Virus record (IMG/VR): IMGVR_UViG_3300045988_183505
Span: 63,428-127,427 of that record
From: a virus
Reading direction: 5' to 3' (one strand)
DNA length: 64,000 bases
In this document: piece after piece, positions 52,189 through 61,581 of the stretch
Numbering within the stretch: the first letter of the stretch is position 1
Layout: each line of letters begins with the position of its first letter
Made by a program: the position numbers and the translations under genes
The notes under the pieces: generated by a model
What the model was told of the DNA's origin: nothing
What the model saw: the letters and a program-made list of their open reading frames with translations, nothing else
Database searches by the model: none

Positions 52189-52398
52189 TTATACTCTTCT
52201 GTTCCACGCTTTATAAGCGTCCTCTTTTGAAAAATACTGTCTTCTGGGCTGGCTCAGCCCGCACTGTGTGCAATAGATTCCATACCAATGCTTATCAAGT
52301 TCTGCATCGCCATAACTGCCCAGAACATTATATTTTGCTTGTTTCAGCCTTGCTTTACCACCACAGCAAGGACAAGGCTGAATGACGCTTTTGCTCAT
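52189..52398 (-). CDS. lar: Lar-family restriction-alleviation protein
   Basis: 69 aa. PCPCCGGKARL ... YCTQCG ... SKEDAYKAWNRRV is the typical Lar zinc-ribbon pattern with the AWNRR tail. Confidence 0.75.
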   Translation of the reverse strand: MSKSVIQPCPCCGGKARLKQAKYNVLGSYGDAELDKHWYGIYCTQCGLSQPRRQYFSKEDAYKAWNRRV

Positions 52399-52411
52399 GT
52401 CGATATTCCTT

Positions 52412-52759
52412 TCATGTTACATTCCAGAACTTCGATTCGTCATCGTTCTCTTCGCTGTATTTTTCATCTATATCATCAATGTTATAGATGTCAACCTTGC
52501 CCCAAATCATTGTTGTACAGTCATTCTCGTCAAAGATGGCTTCGATGTTGATTTTCTTGAACTTTCCCTCTTCACCTTCTTCACTGATGCAATAGTGACT
52601 TCCGTCTTTGTACTGCACCCACAGCAAATCGTCTGTACGCTGCCCGATTTCGATTGCATATCTAATGCCATCAATGATGTCAGCAACGTCATGCAGGGCT
52701 TCTTTTCTGCTTTCCCATACCTCAAAAATCTGTCCACCCTTTGTTGTGAATGTTCTCAT
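52412..52759 (-). CDS. hypothetical protein
   Basis: 115 aa, acidic, first gene after cassette E. Confidence 0.55.
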   Translation of the reverse strand: MRTFTTKGGQIFEVWESRKEALHDVADIIDGIRYAIEIGQRTDDLLWVQYKDGSHYCISEEGEEGKFKKINIEAIFDENDCTTMIWGKVDIYNIDDIDEKYSEENDDESKFWNVT

Positions 52760-52782
52760 TTTTCCTCGCTCCTCTGTCTGTA

Positions 52783-52858
52783 CCTTACATTATCTATTAT
52801 ACAGTATCTAGCAGTAGATATATTGCAGTTTATTTTTCTGGTTTGTAAACCTTTTGTG
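52783..52858 (-). promoter_or_regulatory. class-2 promoter/operator cassette (copy E)
   Basis: Minus strand reads CACAAAAGGTTTACA ... TGCAATATATCTACTGCTAGATAC-TG-TATAAT ... AATGTAAGG. Confidence 0.65.
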
Positions 52859-52868
52859 AAAGCGAAAA

Positions 52869-53480
52869 TCATACCGCCGGTTCTGCTTCCAGAACGGGAG
52901 CATTTTCCATAATCCACCTTGCGAAGCCATCAGCTCCACCTACCGCATCATATTCCGCTTTTGTCAATTTGACATTCACAGTAATCATTACCGGTACTTC
53001 ATCACGCACAACAGGCTGTTTTTCAGATTGGTTATCTGCCGCCTTCAAACCTTTTTCCATTCCTTGTTTTGCAAGAGCATCTGCTTTTTCATTAAGTCTG
53101 TCACTGGAGTGAGCCTTGACTTTAACAAACTGAATCGGCAGATATTGTCTTGCCTTCGCCACTCTGTCCCGATAATCCTGTGTTGCCACCTTTTTTGCTT
53201 TCCATTCGCCATCAGCCCACTTCTGTAATCCTTCATAGTCATGGTATACAGTTACAGAATCTACATCACGACTGCTCTGATTGATTTTGAACAGCAGCCG
53301 GAGAGCTTCCAGTACGCCATAGATTTCTCCGGCAACATTACGGATTCCGTCAGCATCTTCGCCGTAAAAAGAAAGTTCCTGAACCGGATTAAATCCGAAG
53401 GGAGTTTCTTGCAGAATAACTGCACCAGCTCCCCAGATGCCGTTCTTATACGAACCATCAGAATAAATTGCGTATTTCAT
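52869..53480 (-). CDS. ribonuclease HI (catalytic residues intact) with a C-terminal extension
   Basis: IYSDGS (D), AGEIYGVLEAL (E), VYHDYEG (D), VKAHSS...NEKADALAK (H, D). This is the full DEDD-type set. Confidence 0.8.
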   Translation of the reverse strand: MKYAIYSDGSYKNGIWGAGAVILQETPFGFNPVQELSFYGEDADGIRNVAGEIYGVLEALRLLFKINQSSRDVDSVTVYHDYEGLQKWADGEWKAKKVATQDYRDRVAKARQYLPIQFVKVKAHSSDRLNEKADALAKQGMEKGLKAADNQSEKQPVVRDEVPVMITVNVKLTKAEYDAVGGADGFARWIMENAPVLEAEPAV

Positions 53481-53492
53481 ATCGCTACTCCT

Positions 53493-53744
53493 TTACCACA
53501 TCATTTCCAGCACTCTGATTGATTTACTCCGAAGTTGTTCCTCGGTGTATCGGTTATGGTTATAACCCTTCGCCAGAATGTCCTGAATCAAAGATTCCTT
53601 GTATGCTCTTGTCCGTTCTCTTTCCAGCTGAATCTTCTCAGCTTCTTCCTTGTGTCTTTTCTCCATGTGTGCGAAATAGATTTCTTTTTCCTGCGGTGTC
53701 ATTCCGGCAGTCACTTCGTTCAGTCCCATAAGCCTTCTCCTCAC
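53493..53744 (-). CDS. hypothetical protein
   Basis: 83-aa ORF in the array. Confidence 0.5.
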   Translation of the reverse strand: MRRRLMGLNEVTAGMTPQEKEIYFAHMEKRHKEEAEKIQLERERTRAYKESLIQDILAKGYNHNRYTEEQLRSKSIRVLEMMW

Positions 53745-53749
53745 TTCAC

Positions 53750-53977
53750 TTAGTCAATGACTACACCGAGAATTTCAGCAGCATGATAGATGACTTCCTC
53801 AAAAGTATCTGCATCAGCATCTTCCCAGTCAGTTTCGAGCCTTGCACGCTTGCACAGCTCTTTGCAGGCTTCCATTTCCCAATAGTTAAGGCGATTGATT
53901 TCTTCAACCAACGCTTCCAGTGACCACGCACTGTATTCCGTATGCCATGCTGTGTTTTTTACCATGATACTTACCAT
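53750..53977 (-). CDS. hypothetical protein
   Basis: 75 aa, first gene after cassette F. Confidence 0.5.
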   Translation of the reverse strand: MVSIMVKNTAWHTEYSAWSLEALVEEINRLNYWEMEACKELCKRARLETDWEDADADTFEEVIYHAAEILGVVID

Positions 53978-53998
53978 TCCTTTCGGTCGTATGTGTTT

Positions 53999-54076
53999 CT
54001 TACACTATATATTATACTATATCTACCGGTAGATATATAGCAGATTTACTGAAATATCTTGAAATAAACTGTAAAC
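53999..54076 (-). promoter_or_regulatory. class-2 promoter/operator cassette (copy F, perfect palindrome)
   Basis: Perfect 20-bp palindrome TATATCTACC|GGTAGATATA at 54018-54037, adjacent to TATAAT (54016-54011). TTTACA box at 54070-54075. Confidence 0.7.
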
Positions 54077-54127
54077 AAAATAAAGGCTCTGCTCGAAAGC
54101 AAAACCTTTATTCGTGTATTGATTCAA

Positions 54128-55777
54128 TTATCGTGTTATGTCATCTTTATGGGGAGTTTTTTCTCCAGCTGCTTTCATAAGAGATTGAAAGTGCTTTTTA
54201 TCGGATACCGGTTCTTGCAAAAGAGCTTGCATCAGTTGTTCCGGCTGTTTCAAAAATGTTTCTACATTCATATACAGCACCTTATCTTCCGGAGTGATTG
54301 CCTGAAACGGATTAAACGCACTTTTACCCTGATACAGCACAATCTTATTTTGGATTTCTGCACCGGTTTCCTTTTCAAACGCCTCACAAAGCTGCTTGTT
54401 TGTTAAATGTCGTACCTGCTTCTCGGTCTGCTTATCAGACAGTTTTACCTCTACAGCACAAGCTGTCCGGCGTTCAAGGTCGGCAAAAAACACATCAAAT
54501 TCACCAACGTATGTTTTCGGTTCATACTTTGATGCAACTACACTGCCGCCTATTTCCTTTGCGGACTGTATCGCTTGATACAACACAATGTCTTCCAGAA
54601 CGTGACCACTAATATCCTGCTCCAGCTTATCCAGAATTTCCTTCTGTTCCACCATAGAATATTCACCGTTGCGGAATACATCTGTGTTAAGTAATGCCTC
54701 TGCCTCATCTTTCGCTTGACTGTATCGCATTCCGGACTGTGTGAAAAGATAGCTCGGTTCACCGCTTTTTTCCGGCAATTCGTATAACACGTCCATTTCT
54801 TTTAGAAAATGAATGATAGCCTGTACACACTCTGGGTCTACCGGTATTGGATTTTCTTTAATGTGTAAAGCAATCCGGATTCTATCCGTCAAGTCTTCTC
54901 TTGCTTTGATAGAGGCTTCATCATTACCAGAAGGGTAAAGCAGCTCTGGGTCTGAACTGCCTGACTTCGTGAGAAGGTCAGCCAACGAGCCAATATCATG
55001 TGACTTAAAGTCACTGTTAATGATACTTGCTAAGAACTGTCGGTTGTTGTATTCCAACACTTTGTTGATATAGGACGGTAAATCGCCTCTGCGAACAGCA
55101 CCGTCCAGAATGCCATTATTTCGTCCTTGATTCCATCTTTCAAGGCTGTGCGTGATATTAAACACAATCGCTGAATTGGAATACTCTCCAGTTTGTTCTT
55201 TATTATAGAATACGCCCTCTGGAGACAGTGTGCCACCATATCGGATATAATCCATAATTCCTGTTCCTAAAAGTTCATGCTGCTCTCGGAAAGGAATATA
55301 CGTTGTGTGAATGAAATGCACCCTGTCGTACAACTCGTCTTTTCTTGCAAGGGCGAATCCTAATGAATCTGTTCCGGCAAGTATAATCTTTTTACCCTCA
55401 GCCGCATAATTATCTGACAGCACGCTGGCTGTACTGATAAAATTTTGTGCCTTTGTTGCTTCGTCTACAAAAATATACTTACTGTCCGGATAAGCTTCTA
55501 TCATTTTTCGCATCTGCATGACAGAGCTTCCACTTTCACAGTGTAAGAGCAGGCACTTGTCATAATCTCCGATACGCTCTATTTCTTGTAGCATCATCGT
55601 GGTCTTGCCTGTTCTCCGTAAACCATATAAGCAGCAAACCTTCCGGTCATTTGGTGCATTCAAATAATCACGCAGCTGACTGGCGATAAATCGCTCTTTG
55701 TCAATTCCGGTCAAAGTGTTTTCTATATGCGTTTTCAGCGATTCCCCATGGTAAATCGTCATTTCATAATTGCTCAC
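54128..55777 (-). CDS. AAA_14/DUF4143-type ATPase with a C-terminal nuclease-like block
   Basis: Walker A GLRRTGKTT, Walker B YIFVDEATK. C-terminal D...EVK block (GEFDVFFAD...CAVEVKLS). GTG start after AAGGAG. Confidence 0.75.
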   Translation of the reverse strand: MSNYEMTIYHGESLKTHIENTLTGIDKERFIASQLRDYLNAPNDRKVCCLYGLRRTGKTTMMLQEIERIGDYDKCLLLHCESGSSVMQMRKMIEAYPDSKYIFVDEATKAQNFISTASVLSDNYAAEGKKIILAGTDSLGFALARKDELYDRVHFIHTTYIPFREQHELLGTGIMDYIRYGGTLSPEGVFYNKEQTGEYSNSAIVFNITHSLERWNQGRNNGILDGAVRRGDLPSYINKVLEYNNRQFLASIINSDFKSHDIGSLADLLTKSGSSDPELLYPSGNDEASIKAREDLTDRIRIALHIKENPIPVDPECVQAIIHFLKEMDVLYELPEKSGEPSYLFTQSGMRYSQAKDEAEALLNTDVFRNGEYSMVEQKEILDKLEQDISGHVLEDIVLYQAIQSAKEIGGSVVASKYEPKTYVGEFDVFFADLERRTACAVEVKLSDKQTEKQVRHLTNKQLCEAFEKETGAEIQNKIVLYQGKSAFNPFQAITPEDKVLYMNVETFLKQPEQLMQALLQEPVSDKKHFQSLMKAAGEKTPHKDDITR

Positions 55778-55811
55778 AATACTTTCTCCTTTCCACGTTT
55801 TAATTGCTGAT

Positions 55812-55820
55812 AGTATATCA
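55812..55820 (-). promoter_or_regulatory. extended -10 element upstream of the ATPase gene
   Basis: Minus strand reads TGATATACT (TGnTATACT), 35 nt upstream of the GTG start. Confidence 0.35.
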
Positions 55821-55876
55821 TATTTATCGAAATATAGGAACAGGCTCTGCCAAACAGCAAAGCCTGCATGAAGCTT

Positions 55877-56122
55877 TTATTTTTGCACTTCCAGTCTTTT
55901 CAGTAAAATAAGAATGAGTGCATTTGTTTCTTCCTCATCGAGATAATAAATCGTTCCTTGACAGTTTGGAGCATCTTGCACCTTTTCTTCCAAAGAATCC
56001 AGATGTGTACGCAAGAATTGTTCCTGTGTTCTTTCTTTATTATCCCACGCCTGCTGAACACTCTCCTTTAACAGCGAAATATGTTCAGCCATAACGCAAA
56101 GACGAAATTTTCGCCGGAGCAT
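55877..56122 (-). CDS. hypothetical protein
   Basis: The ATG at 56122 follows AAGGGGGAG. The ORF track starts at 56188. Confidence 0.5.
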   Translation of the reverse strand: MLRRKFRLCVMAEHISLLKESVQQAWDNKERTQEQFLRTHLDSLEEKVQDAPNCQGTIYYLDEEETNALILILLKRLEVQK

Positions 56123-56135
56123 ACTTCTCCCCCTT

Positions 56136-56330
56136 TTAACGCACGCCCTTTTTCGCTTTTTCCTCTGCAATTTCCTTTCTTGCTTCATCGGTCAGTCTGA
56201 CTGCTTCTTCTGTTGTAGGATAATAACCATTTGCTTTGAAAAAATCTTCCTGTGCTTCTTCGCAAACTTCCCTCAGACTTCTTCCACTAGGCTTCATATC
56301 AGCTGGAAAATTCCAATTGAAATCACTCAT
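56136..56330 (-). CDS. hypothetical protein
   Basis: 64-aa ORF in the array. Confidence 0.5.
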   Translation of the reverse strand: MSDFNWNFPADMKPSGRSLREVCEEAQEDFFKANGYYPTTEEAVRLTDEARKEIAEEKAKKGVR

Positions 56331-56425
56331 AACTTTTCTCCTTTCAAATCGTCATAAGCATCGTATTGTATATAGATTACTTTACCGAATCTATCTCAAT
56401 TATTCAATTGGCAAATCGGCAGTTT

Positions 56426-56731
56426 TTAGAAGCCTCGGCTCTTGCGGAGCAGGAACTCCTCATTCAGCCGCTTTGAAGAATCAGAACCGAATCCTTCAAG
56501 AGCATCATAACTCTGTTCTTCCTCAACAATTTCCGAATCCAGATTTCGCAGCTCATTATATGCTCTTGTCATATCGTCTATCGCATCTTTGATTTTCATA
56601 AAAATCTGCGTATTTTTACTTTCATCTTCCGGATTCTTGATTGACTGTGCCTGCATCTGAATGTCCTTGGTCTTATCTGCCAGCACAGAAACGTATTCTT
56701 CCTTCTTTCGTTCAATTTCCCTCTGTGTCAT
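56426..56731 (-). CDS. hypothetical coiled-coil protein
   Basis: 101-aa ORF in the array. Confidence 0.5.
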   Translation of the reverse strand: MTQREIERKKEEYVSVLADKTKDIQMQAQSIKNPEDESKNTQIFMKIKDAIDDMTRAYNELRNLDSEIVEEEQSYDALEGFGSDSSKRLNEEFLLRKSRGF

Positions 56732-56754
56732 ACTTTGCTCTCCTTTAGTTTATT

Positions 56755-57129
56755 TTAATTTATTTGTGCCTGCGGTATGTATCGCAATTCCGTTTTATCC
56801 CAGTGCCAGCATTCACATTCTGCCGGATACTTATTGTGATAATGTGCAACAGCAAATTGCTCAATCGCAGAATGCACTTTGCTGTCTGGAACAGTATATA
56901 AAATTGCAAGCCGGTAAGTACCGGTGCTATCCCATACAAAAACCGTCACACACCTGTTGTGTGGCTTTGCAACGTGCTTATCAGCTCCAACAATTTCAAA
57001 ATGCCATCTTTTGCAATCTCGAACGATGCTTATACCATTTTCTGTTGTCACACAATAGCCGTATTGTTTGGGCAAATTTCCAAAGATACGCTGAAATCGT
57101 TTACTTTGCTGCTTTACTATGTCGCTCAT
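56755..57129 (-). CDS. hypothetical protein
   Basis: 124 aa, 1-nt overlap with the upstream stop. Confidence 0.55.
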   Translation of the reverse strand: MSDIVKQQSKRFQRIFGNLPKQYGYCVTTENGISIVRDCKRWHFEIVGADKHVAKPHNRCVTVFVWDSTGTYRLAILYTVPDSKVHSAIEQFAVAHYHNKYPAECECWHWDKTELRYIPQAQIN

Positions 57130-57668
57130 TACAGCACTCCGTTCAGAGCTGATACGGTATCGCCATCTGCAACGGTAAGCCCTGCTTCCTCAATCAGTTC
57201 TTCTGGTGTCTTATCCTTCGCTTCCTGCTCCGCACGCTCCAGAACCTGCTTGCATTCCTTTGCAAGGTCAACTTCCTGCTTCAAACGGAGATTGCCTTTA
57301 TTGTCCGCATGGTACAATCCCTGCTTGTAATGAAATTCACTGCATTCCATACAGAGCAGGAACGTTCTTGTCATACTGGAATATGCCATACCGCTTACAT
57401 TGCCCAAATTTTTGTCCGCAAGTTCCTCTGCAACCTTCGGCATCACTTCCGGCTTACAGGTCACAGAGAGAACCACAGCCCCTTCACTGGGAGAAAAGAC
57501 TTCCAGCTTCACAGCATTCTCACAGTGATACAGAGCAAGGTATCCTTTTACGACCTGCTCCAGACTTCCTTTCGGCAATTTGTCGCCGTCTAAATGCCAT
57601 ACCTTTTCTGTCGTCAGAGGATTGGCTTCTTCGTGAATCTGTACTTTATTTACCATGAAATCTCTCAT
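57129..57668 (-). CDS. hypothetical protein
   Basis: The ATG at 57668 follows GAAGGAG and forms an ATGA overlap with the helicase stop. Confidence 0.55.
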   Translation of the reverse strand: MRDFMVNKVQIHEEANPLTTEKVWHLDGDKLPKGSLEQVVKGYLALYHCENAVKLEVFSPSEGAVVLSVTCKPEVMPKVAEELADKNLGNVSGMAYSSMTRTFLLCMECSEFHYKQGLYHADNKGNLRLKQEVDLAKECKQVLERAEQEAKDKTPEELIEEAGLTVADGDTVSALNGVL

Positions 57669-59158
57669 GCAGTTCTCCTTCCCCAGCCTTTTGGTTTGGT
57701 CTGTTCTTCTGCTTCCCATTCGGCAACCAGCTTTTCAATTTTGTCTACATATTTCGCCGGTACAAACACAGCTACTTTATCCTTCTGGAAAAAGCTATAA
57801 TTGTCCGGATTTTCATAGTATTTCAGCACTTCCAAAGAAGTGCGTACCATACTGCTTTTCAACGGATTGCTACTGTAGATACCTTCCACTGTCTTGCATC
57901 TGGAGAGTGCAACATACAACTGCCCATTTGCAAATATCTCCGGTTCAAGATTCATTGCCTCATAGGTCTGCCCCTGAGACTTATGAATCGTAACGGCATA
58001 GCCCAGACGCATCGGAAACTGTTCTGCATAACCTTTTTCCTCGCATTCCAGTTTCTTTTTCTTCCGTGTTTTTTCCTTGCCGTCTTTATCCAGCTTCGGT
58101 GTGCCGTCCTTGTTCAGGACAATTTCCTGCTCCTCTTTGACAACATATTCGGATTTTGTATATTTCCGGCGTTCCACTCTGACCGGAACATCATTGCCAT
58201 CTATCTTGACCACGATTTCATCGTCACCGAAAGTGGAAATTATCGTACCCATGCTGCCGTTCTGGTAAGCACCATACACATCATTTACCAGCATGACTAC
58301 TCTTGCTCCGATTTTATAAACAAACAAATCATCGCATAACCGGTCTTTTTCTGTTGTGTCATTATATTCTGCTTTAGCATATATCTTTGCTCCAGCAAGC
58401 TTATCCAAAGCTTCCATGTTCCGCTGATAAGCTGTTGCATTTTTGCCACACAGCCAGATTGCATTCGGATTTTCCTTTGTTGCCATGTGTGTATTGAAAT
58501 AAGACAAACATGACGCATTTCCTTCTTTGCACAAATCCAATGCAGCACAGAAGTTCTTATCGTCCTGCCGGACAACCTCTGTCAGTTTGCAAAGCTGTAC
58601 CTGAAACATCTTCCAGTAAGAGGACTGAAAGCAGTAGCCGTCTTGTACACTTTTCTTATAAAACTGTGTCAAATGCGGCTTATCTCCCTGTGGAATGACG
58701 GGTGCAAGCTGAAAGAAATCTCCGCAGAACACCATCTGAATCGGCTTTTTGGACTTTGGACGCTTCTCATTTGCAATCGCTACATATTGCATGATTTTGT
58801 CAAATACATCAATTCGCACCATACTGATTTCGTCAATCAGAAGTGCATCTGTTTGTTTTAACCATTCCGGCACTTTTTTCGGTTTTTCAAAGTCAAGAGT
58901 TGTTTTTAATTTGAACTGAGAATGAAGCGTTGCTCCAGAAATGTTTTGTGCCGCAATTCCTGTAGGTGCTGTCCGCACCAGTTCAATACCATGCTCCTTA
59001 CAATATGCTGTATAGGCACTCACCAAAAAGCTTTTTCCTGTGCCTGCATTGCCTGTAATGAACACATTTTCTCCTGCCTGTAGCTTCTGCATAACCGCCT
59101 TCTGCCCTGCATTCAATGCCTTATCATAGTCTGCGTAAGACATTCCCTTCTCGCTCAC
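57665..59158 (-). CDS. Pif1/RecD-like SF1B DNA helicase
   Basis: Walker A GNAGTGKS, Walker [32 protein letters not shown]. Confidence 0.85.
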   Translation of the reverse strand: MSEKGMSYADYDKALNAGQKAVMQKLQAGENVFITGNAGTGKSFLVSAYTAYCKEHGIELVRTAPTGIAAQNISGATLHSQFKLKTTLDFEKPKKVPEWLKQTDALLIDEISMVRIDVFDKIMQYVAIANEKRPKSKKPIQMVFCGDFFQLAPVIPQGDKPHLTQFYKKSVQDGYCFQSSYWKMFQVQLCKLTEVVRQDDKNFCAALDLCKEGNASCLSYFNTHMATKENPNAIWLCGKNATAYQRNMEALDKLAGAKIYAKAEYNDTTEKDRLCDDLFVYKIGARVVMLVNDVYGAYQNGSMGTIISTFGDDEIVVKIDGNDVPVRVERRKYTKSEYVVKEEQEIVLNKDGTPKLDKDGKEKTRKKKKLECEEKGYAEQFPMRLGYAVTIHKSQGQTYEAMNLEPEIFANGQLYVALSRCKTVEGIYSSNPLKSSMVRTSLEVLKYYENPDNYSFFQKDKVAVFVPAKYVDKIEKLVAEWEAEEQTKPKGWGRRTA

Positions 59159-59170
59159 GCCACATCACCT

Positions 59171-60265
59171 CTACTTGATTTTCTCAATCTTCTCGATATT
59201 GTTCAGTGTAAAGCCTTTCCAAGCTCCAGTACCGTAATCTCCAGTCTTCTTAACAGATGCCGGAAGGTCGGATTCCTCTGTCACAAACTTCATCAGAATG
59301 TGATACATTCCATCTGTCTCGTACTCTGCACTGCCATTTACTGCAACCTGATACACATTGAAGTCCATGCCGTTGGACAATGTAATATGGTATCTGTCAC
59401 CCACATTACCATAGAACGAACTCATAGCCACGCAATAATCGCCCAGCTCATTCCGCAGGATTCCTGTACCTGTAACCATATCAGGGAAGCATTCTGCAAT
59501 TGCATTCTGGTCTGCCACACTATCCAGAACATACGGATATTTGTTCTGTGCCTGCTCCACTTTGTATTCCTTTGATGCTGTAGGCTTATCCAGAACTACA
59601 ATGTTCTCTGCCGGAAAAATCTGTGTTGTGGATTCGCAGCCTGCCTCTTTTTCTTCATCAGACAGAAGGGGCGTTACCCGAACCGTATAAGAAATGCCAG
59701 ATTCCAGACCGGAAATCACACAAGTACCAAGCCCAAAAGAAAAGTCAAAATACGAATCATACACTGTATTTGACATACCGGACAGGTAAATCTCATACGA
59801 ACGGCTTGCATCTGCGTCCCAGCTGATAAGAATGCTGTTTCCATAAGTGTCTGTTTCAAAATTGTCTGTAGAGAGCTGCAACGGCAGTTCCACAACACTG
59901 GATTCCAGAGGTGTTTCTGTAGCTTCGGCAACTTCGCTTCTGCTGCTGCCGCTACCACTGCTGTTTCCACCGCCGCCAGAACCGCTTGAAGGATTATACG
60001 GAACACCTACTTCCTCAGATGTAAAAGTCACTTCTGTCATGGTGGTCTCTGTCGTCTCTGAGGTTTCTGTCGTTGACAGCTTTGTTGTCGCTGTTGCAAC
60101 CAGCTCATAATTTGTCGGTGTAGCCACCTTTACCTTTTCATCAGTGACCTTGACATTCAAATCGGAACTCTCCTCGGCTGAATTGTCATTTTTGGAACAG
60201 CCAGTTGCAGTTACCATAGCAAACGCCATTACAAATGCCATTACACGCCACATTTTCTTTCTCAT
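59171..60265 (-). CDS. lipoprotein (paralog of 60424-61581)
   Basis: Lipobox MVTATGC-S and a Thr/Glu-rich linker. The C-terminal domain shares VTGTGILRNELGDYCVAM...GDRYHITLSNGMDF with its neighbour. Confidence 0.65.
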   Translation of the reverse strand: MRKKMWRVMAFVMAFAMVTATGCSKNDNSAEESSDLNVKVTDEKVKVATPTNYELVATATTKLSTTETSETTETTMTEVTFTSEEVGVPYNPSSGSGGGGNSSGSGSSRSEVAEATETPLESSVVELPLQLSTDNFETDTYGNSILISWDADASRSYEIYLSGMSNTVYDSYFDFSFGLGTCVISGLESGISYTVRVTPLLSDEEKEAGCESTTQIFPAENIVVLDKPTASKEYKVEQAQNKYPYVLDSVADQNAIAECFPDMVTGTGILRNELGDYCVAMSSFYGNVGDRYHITLSNGMDFNVYQVAVNGSAEYETDGMYHILMKFVTEESDLPASVKKTGDYGTGAWKGFTLNNIEKIEKIK

Positions 60266-60283
60266 ATTGAACTCCTTTTCAAT

Positions 60284-60403
60284 TCATTTGTGATTACTTT
60301 CGTCTTTTTTATGTTTCGCCAGAAGATATTCAATGAATCCACTGGCGACAAAACACATTAAAATGATACCAATTACCAAAGCGATTGCTCCCGAACTACT
60401 CAT
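60284..60403 (-). CDS. small single-pass membrane peptide (39 aa)
   Basis: MSSSGAIALVIGIILMCFVASGFIEYLLAKHKKDESNHK. Below the ORF-track cutoff. Confidence 0.4.
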   Translation of the reverse strand: MSSSGAIALVIGIILMCFVASGFIEYLLAKHKKDESNHK

Positions 60404-60423
60404 GCCGCACACCTGCCTTATGA

Positions 60424-61581
60424 TTAGTACGAAATCGGGTCGCCGTAGTTAATCATCTGAATACACTCAATATTTGCAGTCAGATTCAGACCGCTCCAAT
60501 CAAAGTAGCCGTAATTACCAGTAAAATGTGCTTCTTCCGGCAGATAGCCATCTGCATGGATAAACTCAATCACACTTTTCCCTACACCTGCATAACTGTG
60601 ATACCGCCTGTCTCCCTTGCTGTCACATATCTTTACTGTAAACTGAATGCCATTCTCCAATGTGACAAGAAATCTGTCCCAACAGTAGCCATACCACGTT
60701 CCCATTGCTACGCAATAGTCTCCGTATTCGTCACGCATGATTCCGGTATTGGTCACTACGTCCGGTTCTGCACCATAAATCGCTGAATATGAAGGATTTG
60801 CGGTCAGCCCTTTGGCATTTTCAAAGGTAAAGCAGTTTGTCCAGCCATCTTCTTTCGGATAAGTCCAAACAACCTCTACAGTTTCCGTCTTACCGATTAC
60901 CGGTTCAGATTCAATCATCTGTGCCGAGCTTCCTTGCTCAGATTCACACTGCATCATCTGCGGTGTAATCGTGATAGAATACTCCGCATTTTCTCTCAAA
61001 CCAGTGATATAGCATACAGAATTTCCTTTGAAGCAGAATGCCATGTTTTCCGCATAGCCTGCATCGGTTTCTACATACACATAGTAGTCTCTGCCTGCAT
61101 CAGCATTCCATGTCAGCTTTAAGCATGACACCGAGATGGTACTCACCTGAATGTTTTGAACTGTCACTTCTCCTTCCAAAACCGGAATAACCTGCACAGG
61201 CTCTGCTTCTTCCTGTGCTGGGTCATTGATGACCAGATTTTCTTCCGGCACATATGGCTCTGGAGATTGTACTTCCTGCTCTGTCATCTGAGTTGTCTGC
61301 ACCATTTCAGAAGTGACCGTTGCAGCTTCTGTTGTAGTAGTCTCTGTTGTAGCAGTTGTTGTCAGCTCTGTAGTGGTCGTAGCTATCGTAGTAGTCTGTG
61401 TCGCAACTCTGGTGAGAGATGTTGCCACAGCCACATCATCAGCCGTAGACGCTTTCCGAGTTGTTTTTACCGGCAACTCTCTTTGCAGTGGCAATGTCGT
61501 ATAACCGCCGCAACCTGCACAAAGCACGCAAACTGCGGTTATCGCAGCAATTACCTTAATGTACTTTCTCTTTTTCTGCAT
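60424..61581 (-). CDS. lipoprotein (paralog of 59171-60265)
   Basis: Lipobox VLCAGC-G and a Thr-rich linker. Shared C-terminal block VTNTGIMRDEYGDYCVAM...WDRFLVTLENGIQF. The ATG at 61581 follows AAGAGG. Confidence 0.65.
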   Translation of the reverse strand: MQKKRKYIKVIAAITAVCVLCAGCGGYTTLPLQRELPVKTTRKASTADDVAVATSLTRVATQTTTIATTTTELTTTATTETTTTEAATVTSEMVQTTQMTEQEVQSPEPYVPEENLVINDPAQEEAEPVQVIPVLEGEVTVQNIQVSTISVSCLKLTWNADAGRDYYVYVETDAGYAENMAFCFKGNSVCYITGLRENAEYSITITPQMMQCESEQGSSAQMIESEPVIGKTETVEVVWTYPKEDGWTNCFTFENAKGLTANPSYSAIYGAEPDVVTNTGIMRDEYGDYCVAMGTWYGYCWDRFLVTLENGIQFTVKICDSKGDRRYHSYAGVGKSVIEFIHADGYLPEEAHFTGNYGYFDWSGLNLTANIECIQMINYGDPISY

